A DNA stretch of 63,933 nucleotides, counting the filler, from Octopus bimaculoides (lineage: Eukaryota): the NCBI RefSeq assembly GCF_001194135.2. It is 10 parts of 10 records of this genome, joined end to end, with 100 filler letters (N's around TTAATTAATTAA, not from the genome) between each part and the next. Parts side by side here need not be neighbours in the genome. Positions count along the whole stretch, not along the records: positions 1 to 24,359 come from NC_068986.1; 9 more parts are not named here. One strand, given 5' to 3'. Below, piece after piece: positions 1 to 11,649 of this stretch (within the stretch, counting starts at the first letter, position 1; each line of letters begins with the position of its first letter). The position numbers and the translations under genes were made by a program. The notes beneath the pieces are model-generated. The model ran no database searches. It saw only the letters and a list, made by a program, of their open reading frames with translations, and was not told the origin of the DNA.

Positions 1-17
1 TTATAAAAATAAAACTA

Positions 18-163
<146 letters not shown>

Positions 164-167
164 TATC

Positions 168-400
168 ATCTCCCTTTCTTTCAGCTTCTGTTTTCTAGTC
201 GTATCGACATGCTGGAACATTGAGCTCTGCTCATTCTTTCACTCTTTCTTTTTGTATTTCAATCTCTCTTAATCCTCTCTGTCGAAGAACGTAGGCTCGA
301 AACGTAAAAGACATTTCCACCTTCTCCGAACGTTAGATTAATACATCTGCTGGTTGCTCCTGCACCTTTCTTTGTCCTTTGTTTTCTGTTAATTTGAACT
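168..400 (+). mobile_element. Penelope-like terminal repeat fragment (non-coding), family shared with 14095-14285 (-) and 59640-59790 (+)
   Basis: CTGTCGAAGAACGTAGGCTCGAAACGTAAAAGAC...CCGAACGTTAGATTAATACATCTG aligns by eye with the reverse complement of 14095-14215 and contains a hammerhead-like core. Confidence 0.6.
275..310 (+). ncRNA. Minimal type I hammerhead ribozyme-like motif (variant core)
   Basis: CTCT-CTGTCGA-A-GAAC-GTAG-GCTC-GAAAC-GT-A-AAAG. Core CUGUCGA..GAAA, stem II with one mismatch, palindromic ACGT stem III, stem I CTCT/AAAG with one mismatch. Confidence 0.5.
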
Positions 401-2043
401 TGATATATGAACATAATTATATTTGTTATCGACCTTTAATTTCCCGCTACTTTTAGATTTCGTAGCTTCTCATTTCTTCTGGAACAACTAGAATTCAATT
501 TTGAACAAGGTAAACTTCAGCTGTTAGTATTTTTTAATTTACATCTTGTACTTCATTTCATAGTTATTTGGATCTATTTGACATTTACTTTGCCATTAAT
601 ATTGTTTTTCTCTGATGTTATTTGTTATTACAGTTGTCGATATTTTAATGTTAGACTTCACGTCACTTCTACATTTCGAGTTGCACATTTGTTGGTTATT
701 CCACTTCTTCTGCTGCTGTTGTTGATGCTATTTATATAATTGTTGAGTTTGTCTTCGGATTTCATGTTACATCTTCATGTTTTTATTGTGGAAGTTGTTT
801 GTGAACTTGACATTTCTTTTGTCTGTTTTATTTTCATTTAAAGGTAATTCTTATTGTTATCGCTTCAGGTTACTCTCTTGAGAAATTATTGGAAACTGAT
901 CCATGTATTTCTACAGACCTTTACTTTTTACCACGAAGATTCATACCTGGCGTCATTCGGTTGTTGACACACATGCAAACACATTATTTATTATCCCGCA
1001 TCCAACGTATTTTTTCACATATATTTCTGTCAACATTGTTTTATTCTTTTTGGTTCATTTCAAATATTTCTAAATATTTCCCAGAGTGTAAAGAGCATTG
1101 ATAGAAATTTAAAGATACTTGCTGTCAGTTTGATAAGAGAATTGCAGGCAAAATATTTGATAACAATTCTTAATTTACTAAAATTGAATGAAAATAAACA
1201 TGAAGGATAGAAAACAATCAACAAAGGAATACGGGAAAACAAAGAGAAAAACAATGTGAGAGTAGAAACTCCAACAAAATGGAGCAAATTAACCTGTCAA
1301 CTATTCTACTCATTTTCGAAAGTATAAATATTCTTAGAAATAACTGAATTTGAAATATATTTTTCATTCATTTTTAAAAAAAATTATATTTAACATGAGA
1401 ACTGTTAACTTATAGAAATAAAAAAAAAACTGCGCTACCTTGGGGAGTGTGTTGTCCTTTACTTTTGAAATGTATAAATGTGAATATATATGGATTGTAG
1501 ATTCTATAGTAGCTCCCTGGAGTCAAAACAGTCATGTATGGTTCCAATGGTTAAAGTTACATGATATTAAAGTAAAAGTAGCCAATATAATAATAATGAA
1601 CCTCAGCTGCGTTAAAGTGAGCGACGCGAATGGAAGGTGCCAGCAACTGAGTGAACACCACTCTGTACAAAATGCTGCATGTGTTGCAAATTTTATGCGG
1701 TATGCAGAATTATATGCCATTACACAACTATGCATATGGCTATTATTATTAATATACTGATGCTGATCTAATGCTTCTTGCTAACTTCTTCTCTATTGCA
1801 CTCGACCACTGTATTTTTGTGTTCGTGTTAGTGTGCGTGTCTCTGTGTTCGTGTTTAGGTATACGCGTGTGAATGAATGCGCGTGAATGTGATTCTGTAT
1901 GTATGTTTGTATGCATGGTTCAGAACTCGTTTCATTAATACTCCCGCATACATTTTAATTAAACGTTTCACCGTTCGCTTTCAAATCTACACAGACCTAC
2001 TTCAACTGAATTAATCTCCATGCTTCCTATAGAAATATATAAA

Positions 2044-2307
2044 ATAATAATAATAAATGCGTCCTTTTTTAAAGCCTAGCCAGGTTCATGGGCCCGGTTT
2101 CCCGGTTTAAATGGTGCATGTGTCTCCCAGCTGGACAGGAAGCCAACCCATCGCAGCGTTACTCATGTTTGCCAGCTGAGTGGGCTAGAGCAACGTGAAA
2201 TAAAGTATTTTACTCAAGAAAACAACGCGTCACCCGGTCCAGGAATCGAAACCTCAATCGTATGATCATGGTGCTGAGACCCAAACCACTAAGCCACGCG
2301 GCTCCAC
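2044..2307 (-). mobile_element. tRNA-headed SINE (family C, tail variant 1, (ATT)n tail)
   Basis: Minus strand: A-box-like TGGCTTAGTGG, B-box-like TTTCGATTCC, body TTTCACGTTGCTCTAGCCCACTCAGCTGGCAAACATGAGTA shared with 50763-51060 and 61513-61836. Confidence 0.85.
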
Positions 2308-2587
2308 GTATAAGTGTATAGTCACTAGCAAATGAACAAGTGAAATGTGCTATGAATCGGAAACTATGCGTAAATGTGAATAGCATGACACCAAATTAAG
2401 TGTTCAAATTAAGTGTACATGTCTTCCGAAATTATGTAAATGTAAATCGACGATTTTCTGATATGTTTCACACACACCCAAACACAAACACGCAGATATA
2501 CACAAAAATACATACATAGATACATACATACATACATATATGATAAGTGTGGGTGTGTGTGTAGAGAGAGAGAGGTGGAAGAGAGAG

Positions 2588-3090
2588 ATTTATAACAGTA
2601 TAAAACATAATTATAATTAAGGACGTAGAAAATAGGGAAAACCTCACAGGAAAAAACTCAATTTAGCAATTCTAAATCAAATTTCCCAATATACAACACA
2701 TACATGAAATTAAGAGAAAAAGCCACTGTCAACAAATTCAACAATTAAAAAGGCTATTCAGAACATTCACAAAAACAAATACACTATAAAATCCCTATTC
2801 AAAAAATCAATGAATTACAAAAACTATAAATATTAAATAGTATCAAATAGACTACGCGCGTTTCGTGGCTATATTCTAAAATAAATTCGATTCGATCTAA
2901 AAAACTAGTTATTCTTCAGGTCTAAAATAATCATAAGAATAATAAAAATAATAATAAAATCAATGTAAAATGTAGCCACGAATCGCGCGTAGTCTATTTA
3001 ATATTTAATATTTATTGATTATGTAATTTATTGATTTTTAGAATAAGGGTTTTATAGTATATTTGTTTTACTGGATGATTTGAACGGCGT
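2588..3090 (-). mobile_element. Penelope-type non-coding element with inverted terminal-repeat segment
   Basis: Inverted arms at about 2770-2873 and 2971-3070, and a hammerhead motif on the minus strand at 2848-2924. Confidence 0.6.
2848..2924 (-). ncRNA. Type I hammerhead ribozyme motif (decayed stem II)
   Basis: Minus strand: TAGAC-CTGAAGA-ATAACTA...TAGCCAC-GAAAC-GCGC-GT-A-GTCTA. Perfect 5-bp stem I, canonical CUGAAGA/GAAA core, palindromic ACGCGCGT stem III, GUA cleavage triplet. Confidence 0.7.
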
Positions 3091-3479
3091 TTTTCATTGT
3101 TGAATTTCTTGATATTGTTATATATATATATATGTGTATATATATANNNNNNNNNNNNNNNNNNNNNNNNNNNNNNNNNNNNNNNNNNNNNNNNNNNNNN
3201 NNNNNNNNNNNNNNNNNNNNNNNNNNNNNNNNNNNNNNNNNNNNNNNNNNNNNNNNNNNNNNNNNNNNNNNNNNNNNNNNNNNNNNNNNNNNNNNNNNNN
3301 NNNNNNNNNNNNNNNNNNNNNNNNNNNNNNNNNNNNNNNNNNNNNNNNNNNNNNNNNNNNNNNNNNNNNNNNNNNNNNNNNNNNNNNNNNNNNNNNNNNN
3401 NNNNNNNNNNNNNNNNNNNNNNNNNNNNNNNNNNNNNNNNNNNNNNNNNNAGAGAGAGAGAGAGAGAGAGAGAGAGATA

Positions 3480-3665
3480 TGTATATATATATGTGTTTGT
3501 ATGTGTGTGTGTGTGTGTGTGTGTTTGTGTGTGTATCTGTGTCTGTCCATCCTCCATGGGTTAATGTCCACGTAACTTATCAGTTCAGCAAAACTGATAA
3601 ATCCTCGGGTTAATGTGTTCGATTAAACCGTCAAATGACTGAGCCAGTTAAAAGAAAAATAGAAT
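3480..3665 (+). mobile_element. Decayed 3' half of SINE family B
   Basis: (TA)(TG) tract, then CACGTAACTTATCAGTTCAGCAAAA...GTCAAATGACTGAGCCAGTTAAAAGA, similar to the 3' end of 43272-43873. Confidence 0.55.
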
Positions 3666-4085
3666 ATCCAATTTTGAACAAATATATATTAGAAAGTATT
3701 ACATCCAAGTGAAAAGCTACTGAAATGACGAATACACTTCTTGGATATAATCTTGTGGAAATATAAAAACTTTATTGACCGCCGTTTATGTGTTTCGTGA
3801 TATCTCTTCATCTGGAACAATGTGCATCAAATGTAAGATACGGAAATAATCGTAGAAATGTTGAAGAGCAATACTGCTTGAGAATATCCAAATCTTAGAT
3901 GTCCAACAAGAGTAGCAAACTCTTGCAAATAATTTATAAATTGCTTTGTAAAGTACTGGGGAAAAATCAAGTGGTTACAAGTGTACGTAATGAAGGCATT
4001 TGTGGCATAGGTAGCTGATCGGTGACGGATTTTCGAAATATTTCATACATATAGAAATATGTAAGCATTTCATACNNNNNNNNNN

Positions 4086-4315
4086 TGCCAACTTAACGTG
4101 GCAGTCCCAATAAGGGAATATACTACTGCTATTTAGCCCCAGGAAGCTGGACCGCTTGCTGTCGGCCTTGACACTTTTCCTGTGTCCTTATCTTTCCCCC
4201 TCGCAAAGATAAGGTCACAGGAAATGTGTCAAGGCCGACAGAAAGCGGTCTACCCTCCTAGGGCCAAGTAGCAGTAGTATATTCCCTTATTGGGACTGTC
4301 ACGTTAAGTTGGCAG
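4086..4315. mobile_element. Foldback/hairpin MITE, near-perfect 230-bp palindrome
   Basis: TGCCAACTTAACGTGGCAGTCCCAATAAGGGAATATACTACTGCTA... pairs with ...TAGCAGTAGTATATTCCCTTATTGGGACTGTCACGTTAAGTTGGCA all the way to a 9-nt loop (4196-4204). TA follows the right end; the left end abuts a gap. Confidence 0.9.
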
Positions 4316-4329
4316 TATACAACAACTTT

Positions 4330-4439
4330 ATATATATACATGTAAACATATATACATTCACACACAGGCACACACACAGAGGCACACACACACACGTTTA
4401 AGTTGGTATGCATGTATTTACATATATATGCATAACTTT

Positions 4440-4506
<67 letters not shown>

Positions 4507-4556
4507 GCATTGGTGTGTGTGTGTGTATGAATGTAATTGTATTTTTATGTACGTGC

Positions 4557-4602
<46 letters not shown>
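4330..4602 (+). repeat. Compound (TA)n/(CA)n/(TG)n microsatellite
   Basis: Direct inspection. Confidence 0.9.
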
Positions 4603-4603
<1 letters not shown>

Positions 4604-5924
4604 GCTGTGCGTGAGTATGATATTGCCGTCAAAACAGAAATGAGATCCGTACGTGAATGAAAAATATAAAAATGTCGTTTAAATGTATACATACAAAGAC
4701 TTGTATATGAAAATCCCCACAGATATGTGTGTGTCTACATTTGTATGTGTCACTTCACATGAATTATGCACGTTTTTTTTTTAAAGAATATTAGTAGAAT
4801 TCTCATTGGTATAGATTCTTATACAGCAAAACTTAAGTTTAAATATAACTGATATTCCTGATGGATTACATTTGCCATATCCTATCCGATAGATTCTTTT
4901 CGCTGTGTTCCCATGAAAGCCGTGTATTTTCTGTAGTCATTTACTAGATGAGCGTGTTTTGCATTCCCAAGTGGTAACTTGAACAGTCTTCAGCTCTCTG
5001 TCTGCTCAAGAAGAAGTAGTAGTTGTTCTCAATATACCAGCAGCAGTTGACAGTAGATCTAACTAAAAACTTCTATATTTTTATCTATAGAATTTATAAC
5101 CTATAGCGTAGATGCATATCGTATGAGATTCAATTATATTTTTAATGGTTTTAGTGTTATATTGTTAGATATAAATTGATTTGTCTGATAAAAAAAAAAG
5201 TCTATCAATTCGATTTTTGTGATTTACTGATTTATTTGGGCTACAACCATGTGAGCCAAGAATTTATCACACAAGTGTTATAAGTGTAGTTTTGTTTTTA
5301 TTATTTTTATGCTGCCAAGGGGGATATCTATTGCTTAACTTTCAACAACCTTTCCATTTTCTACCATTACAAATCAATATTGCGTTTCATAAAAAAGCAG
5401 TTTTATTTTTTCTATACTTAAATATGTTGTTTTTATTTTTTACATTTAAGGAAACAGTGAATCGGCAATTATAAAAAATCGTCATCTGAAATGGCATGTG
5501 CATAATATCATTATCAAAGTTTGAAATGTTTCACTGCAATGTGCAATGAATTCGTCGTGAAGCATTTGAATATATTGTTCCTTGTTAGTGTTTAAGCAAG
5601 AATTAAATTAGACGCGCAGGCTAGAGATAAATTCACTACATTTAACGTATGTCTATCTAATACAATGTGTTATGAACTGTATAATTATTATTTCTCTATT
5701 ATAATACATATATATTTTTATATCGTCCGTGGTAGACGGAACAATACTGCACTTTATAATAATATGCCATAGTACCAGTTGCCAAAAGCGGCATTGGAAT
5801 AGGGACCTTCATAGAGACTGACATTGTCAATACAATATGGGAGTGCGTTTGTAAGATTTCAAAAAAGTATTACATGGGAAAGGAAGGATCATACGGTTTC
5901 TAATCTCTTGACGTGATACAAAAT

Positions 5925-6575
5925 TGAAATTTTGGCACAAGGCCAGCAATTTCGGGGCAGTGAGTAGGTCCAACGACCCATACGACTCAACTGTTAATTA
6001 TTTTATCAATTTCGACAAGATAAAAGCAAAGACCACCTCGTCTTAATATCGATATTATTTTTTTGCAAAAGGCCAGCAGTTACGGGGTACAGGGTATGTC
6101 AAGTGCATTAATCCTGGTGTTGAACTGTTACTTATTTTATCGACCCCAAAAGAATATTAGACAAAGCTGACGTTGGCAGAATTTGAATTCAGCATTTAAA
6201 GATGGAGGAAATACCGTTAAGCATTATGTCCGGAGTGATAACAATTCTGCCGGCTTACCGCCTTACACTTAGTAAAATATTGGTTTCAAATTTTGGCACA
6301 AAGCCTGCAATTTCAGGGGAGGGTTTAAGTAGATTACAACAACCACAGTGCTGAAGGTCCCTATTCCAATGTCGCTGTTAGTGACAATTTCTATGAAAGT
6401 ATTTATTCCAATGTCGCAGTTAACAACTGGTACTACGGTATATTATCAAGTTATCGTTCCCGAACGATCAAATACAACTCCACTTCGGTGTAATTTGAAC
6501 TCAGAACGCAAAGACGGACGAAACATCGTGAAGTATTTTCCCCGGTGTGCAATAAAACTTGCTAGCCCGGCGCTT
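5925..6575 (-). mobile_element. Cluster of about three decayed SINE family A copies
   Basis: Repeated TTTTGGCACAAGGCCAGCAATTTC...TTATTTTATCGACCCC...GAATTTGAACTCAGAACG segments, the reverse complement of 13428-13662 and 53291-53493. Confidence 0.75.
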
Positions 6576-7691
6576 TCTCTGGGTATAATACTAAATATAA
6601 TGTGATTTTTAGTCCGCAGTTTAGTATGACTGCGGTACTTTAATCGAAAATAATGAACAAATGGCTGAAATAATGCTATAGCATGTGATACAGTATCACT
6701 TGCTTGTATTGACAGAAAGAAAATTTTCGGATATAATATATAGATAACATGCTAAAAAAAAAACAGTTATTTAACTGGTGGTTTATTCTAACTCTCTAGT
6801 TTGATACCGCTGAGAAATATAAATTCATGAAAGGCGGTAAGATTTTTATGGTATATATACTTCTGATGTCATATGACATCTAAATCTGTTTTGATTTGCA
6901 CTTGCAATAATAACGTACTAATGATATGAACCTTACAGCATATAAATATGCACTTACCAGATTTTGCACTTAGAAGAAGAAGGTAAGAGGAATGAAGCGG
7001 CTAATATAGTTCTTTTATACTGTTTTAATGATGCGAAAACCTTGTTCATTTCAATCAGTCGAGAGCAGATCTTAATGATTGAAACTGGTTCGTTGAAACA
7101 CACCGTAACAAGTCTTTTACATAGAGTAGAATGTTATATAGTTTTCACACCCAGATACAATAGAGTTGTTAGCGTATATATCTCTATATAACTACAATTA
7201 TTTACTAATTTGCTTTTGAAGCATAAACATCTACGGTGTTATGCTTCAAAAATGTGAATAACATTTGGAAAGGCTTATTTCATATTGTTTAATAATTTCT
7301 GAAAGAAACGTTAAAGTAGCATTTGTTGATGACATTATTTGGAAAATAATACTTGATTTGCTGGAACTTTAGGGTTTTTGTTGGATTCATTTTCCGCAAA
7401 AGTTAGAAAATGTTTATAATACATAGAAACGGTTAGTTATGTGTCTCCACGTGATTATGCTGCAGTCGTAGGGAGAATCTGAAATTTGATTGGATTTCTT
7501 CGTTGATAACCTCCTTCAGAAGATATGTCATGTTTTATACATTTTATTTCATTAAGCTTCCTTTATTCTGTAGATAAGAACGTCGGTCGGTGTCTTTTGG
7601 CACCAAATTTGTTTAAATTAATTTATGATAAGCGGTATTTATTATCAAGAAAAAATATTGCATTGGGAAGGCAGCATGAGATCAAGAGGGT

Positions 7692-7790
7692 CACAACAAC
7701 AACAGCAACAAAAACAACAACAACAGAAACAACATCAACAACAGTCACTGCAACAACAAGAACAACAACAGCAACAAAAACAATAACGAA
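7692..7790 (+). repeat. Imperfect (ACA)n trinucleotide repeat
   Basis: Direct inspection; this explains the poly-Thr ORF 7525-7911. Confidence 0.9.
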
Positions 7791-8180
7791 AAGAGCAAGA
7801 GCAAAAATGAAAATAAAACCAATAACAAAAGCGAAAAGTTTGCTCTTGGCATTTGGCCTGATAAAGACATTTTTGTCTATTTACGTGATATCGGTGATCC
7901 AAGTCTTCTGACTTGATTAAAATCCCACGGCACGGACAATTCAAATAGATTAAAATAAACAAGATGCAACAAGAGGAATTTAGCAGCAGGGAGACATTTT
8001 GCAATCGATGGAAACAGATCAAAGCATTACAAAGAAGAATGATGAAGTCTTATATAGATTATATCATCCTGAAGTAGTCTTTCTGGCAATACATTACAAA
8101 TAACGAGAACAAAAACAACATATATATATATTGAAAACACATAAATGTTTTATATGCAATATATCCATAGTTTTATATAT

Positions 8181-8236
<56 letters not shown>

Positions 8237-8283
8237 TTATGCATATAACTATATATAAACTTATATAGTGTTTTCTGCACATA

Positions 8284-8321
<38 letters not shown>

Positions 8322-8851
8322 CACTTGGGGATGGTCATATTGCCAGTTTAGCCAATATATATATATATCTGTGTGTGTGTATGTATGTATATGTATATAC
8401 ATATACAAAATTTACATGCGTGTGTCTGTCCATGTGTGCAAAGACGTGAAAATATATACAAACACGCATGATTATATAAGTATTAGTGACAGGGTGAGAA
8501 TTAGATACGGATACTCGAAATATATTCAACAAACAGGAACAAAAGAGAGTGAGAAAGAGAGAGCGTCGCAGAAAATTGAAGATTGAGTTTTTATTTGTTT
8601 TTGCTACTTCATGTGTTCAACATATTCTGCGTTGTAATAATTTTATAAAGAAGGAGTATTAGTGTCGTTCTGAATATAGTCAGGTTAATTTTATAAGTTG
8701 ATCAGAAAACTTTCTCTTGCAATCTTCCTCACAATGTTTCTTGTCGAGTCACTCCATCTCTTTATATATAGATGCTTTTAAGTATACGCACAATCACACC
8801 AAGTATGTATATAGGTATATAAGATATATAAATAGAATATTCTTTTGTAAT

Positions 8852-9028
8852 CTAGGTACAATCCCCGAAATTTTGGCTGAGGGGGCTATTCCATTAGATC
8901 GACCCCTTTACGCAACTGGTACTTAATTTATCGACCTCGACGGAGTTTGAACTTAGAACGTAAAGACAGACTAAATACCGGTAAGCATCTTACACAGCAT
9001 GCTAACGTATATGTAAGCTCACCGCCTT
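8852..9028 (-). mobile_element. SINE family A copy with internal deletion
   Basis: GATCGACCCCTTTACGCAACTGGTACTTAATTTATCGACC...TTTGAACTTAGAACGT...GCTAACG...CTCACCGCCTTA. Confidence 0.75.
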
Positions 9029-11156
9029 ATATATAAATATCAAGAGCATAAATGCATGCACATACCCACTAATTTCATGTGTTTGTGTGAACAATACGCT
9101 TCATCGTTTCAACTTCCGGAATTTTAGAAAAAAAATCATAGATATTTTAGGAATTTTTATAATTAAAAAGAATATCATAATATTATCTCAAAACGTCTTT
9201 ATGCTTCGAAATTATATATTTTTAAACTCTTTTAATGTTTGATGTACCTCTTATGAGATAAATATCAATTGTTATGTTCTGTCGTGTGCGCAGTCGAATA
9301 ATTTAAACCAATAGAATGTAAAATAAAAGATTTAAGTATTACTGTTATCCTCAGAACTTGGCATTTATAACCAATTTTGGGATAACGAAAGGAATATTAA
9401 GTGTGTAAGCCTTGAGACACAATCTTAAAAATGGTCACTTAGTACTTACACTGGCTTCCATTCTTACATTGAGAGAGCCAATTCTTCATCGTAGGGTCTT
9501 TATCGGAGGGTCTATTTTCACTAATGTGCAGACATGTTCTGATACTCGGAATAACAGGTTGATTCTTCGTGTTTGAGTAAGAATTGTTTAAGAAATGACA
9601 ATGAATAGTCGCCGAGAAAAAACATAGGACATGGAACGTAACGTGTAGCGTATCATTTGTTGTATTTATATAAATTTATTTACAATATAAGCTTGAAGAT
9701 AACAAAAAAAAAAAAAAAGATTTCCATACAAGCAAGCTGTAAGTAAATAGACGAAACAAACAAGGAGGCTGATTACATTACTTTGAAAACTGCATAAGAA
9801 TTTAAGTATCTTGAAGAAAAGTTAGGAAAGACAGGCGAGACGATGCTGAGGGGAACCCGCCATTTTCATGAAGGCATATATAACTAAAGAACTAGAATGA
9901 AATATAAAATGAGTTGTGTAATGTGTAATCGCATTACAGGTTCTTTGATTGACACCAAATATTTTTTCTGGTGAAATAAATGAGTTAGAAGCCATATTTA
10001 ATGCTGTTCTTCGCAGAGAGAAGTAAATTTTAAGTTGTAAGATTCAAAAATGAAGAGGCCGCAGTAGGAGCTTGGTAATACTTGTTTATTAAAATTTAAA
10101 TCTACATCCGAGAGTGGGAACCTGGTTCGGAAGTTTCAGGTTTTTCAGGAGTATAGAACCAATTGAGTTCTAACATCTAGTCTTACTCGGAATAGCCACA
10201 GCTGTCAGGATGCCAGCTTTGGCTTAAATAAAATGACACCACCCACGCTAGAGTACGGTGAAATCATGGAGTGCAACATCAACTTTAGATGCAAATAGAC
10301 AAATAACAAAATGTCAACTAATACATTTAGCAAGCTACTGAGATCATCTCTAGCCATTGCGTGCGCAGATGAGATATATCAGCTAGGGAAAGACCAATGA
10401 GAATGAAATCCAAGCAAGATCTCTCTTGTTCATTGTTCGATAGTGATTTCTGTCGTGGTATGCCTCCATATATGCGGGCCTGACCTAATACACGCATATA
10501 CAGACATACACAGAAACGGATACACACATACACACATTTGCATGCATACACGCGTGAGTGCAGATACACATAGAACCTACTCCACAGTAGGTATATACCA
10601 GAAAATGTTAGGAGGTATGAGAAATGAATACAGTTATTTAAGCACTTGGCATCCTTAAGGCAACGGCCATTTCTCAGCTATCTTCGCGTGGCAATGATTT
10701 CAGCATGGATTAAGATAACGCCTATATGATACAATAGACACGTATATCTACAAAACAATGCAGGTTAAGAAAAGTAGCTCATTAGGTTACCAGAACATGA
10801 AGGTTGCACCAACGATTCAACCCAGGCGTGAATCGTCGTTGCAAAAATGATGTTGGTGCAAATATGAAGTGTAACCATAATTTTATTTTGACACTTAAAT
10901 TTTTACTTCATGAAGAAGGATAGCAAAGTCTGTAATTATAATGATAGGAAATGGTTAGATAAATACGTACATATTTCATACCTCCTGACATTTTATGATT
11001 TACATATGCATCATGAAGCAATTTCATTGATCGAATCTTCTTGATTTCAGCTGTACACATAAACACTCTGTTTTAAACTTCCCTTTATTGATTTGAAAGC
11101 CGTGTCCGGCTGGGATCACTGTGAAAATCACACGGTTCTCAGAATCTAGATCTTAC

Positions 11157-11300
11157 GCTACACACACACACACACACACGCATATGCACACACACACACA
11201 CGCGCATATGCACACACACACACACGCATATGCACACACACACACACGCATATGCATACACGCACACACACACGCATATGCACACATACACACATACTTA
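11157..11300 (+). repeat. Minisatellite of (CA)n-CGCATATG units (about 18-20 nt)
   Basis: Repeated cacacacacacgcatatg units. Confidence 0.85.
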
Positions 11301-11610
11301 TGTAATTTCTCTGCATTGTCTTCTCGATCTTGATTTTTTGATTTTTGATGTACTTCAAATTTTATGTTTGAGCTCGTGACAGACAGAAAACTGATGGGGA
11401 AAAGATTTGGAGACAAGATAAAAGAGAAAAGAGAGAGACAGGGAGAAGTTATGTTTCTCTCGTTTGCATATTGAACTTATTTCTTTTCGTATTTCATATT
11501 GTTTACTATTAGTGACGTCCTGTACCCACATATGCATATGCATATATATATATTGTTTATATTATTACTTGATTGAACGCCATACATCCATGTCCAAGTA
11601 AGTTTATGTT

Positions 11611-11649
<39 letters not shown>

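Noticed and set aside
1440-1760. 106-aa ORF (...NLSCVKVSDANGRCQQLSEHH...)
   Set aside because: No recognisable domain, non-ATG start, and a length expected by chance.
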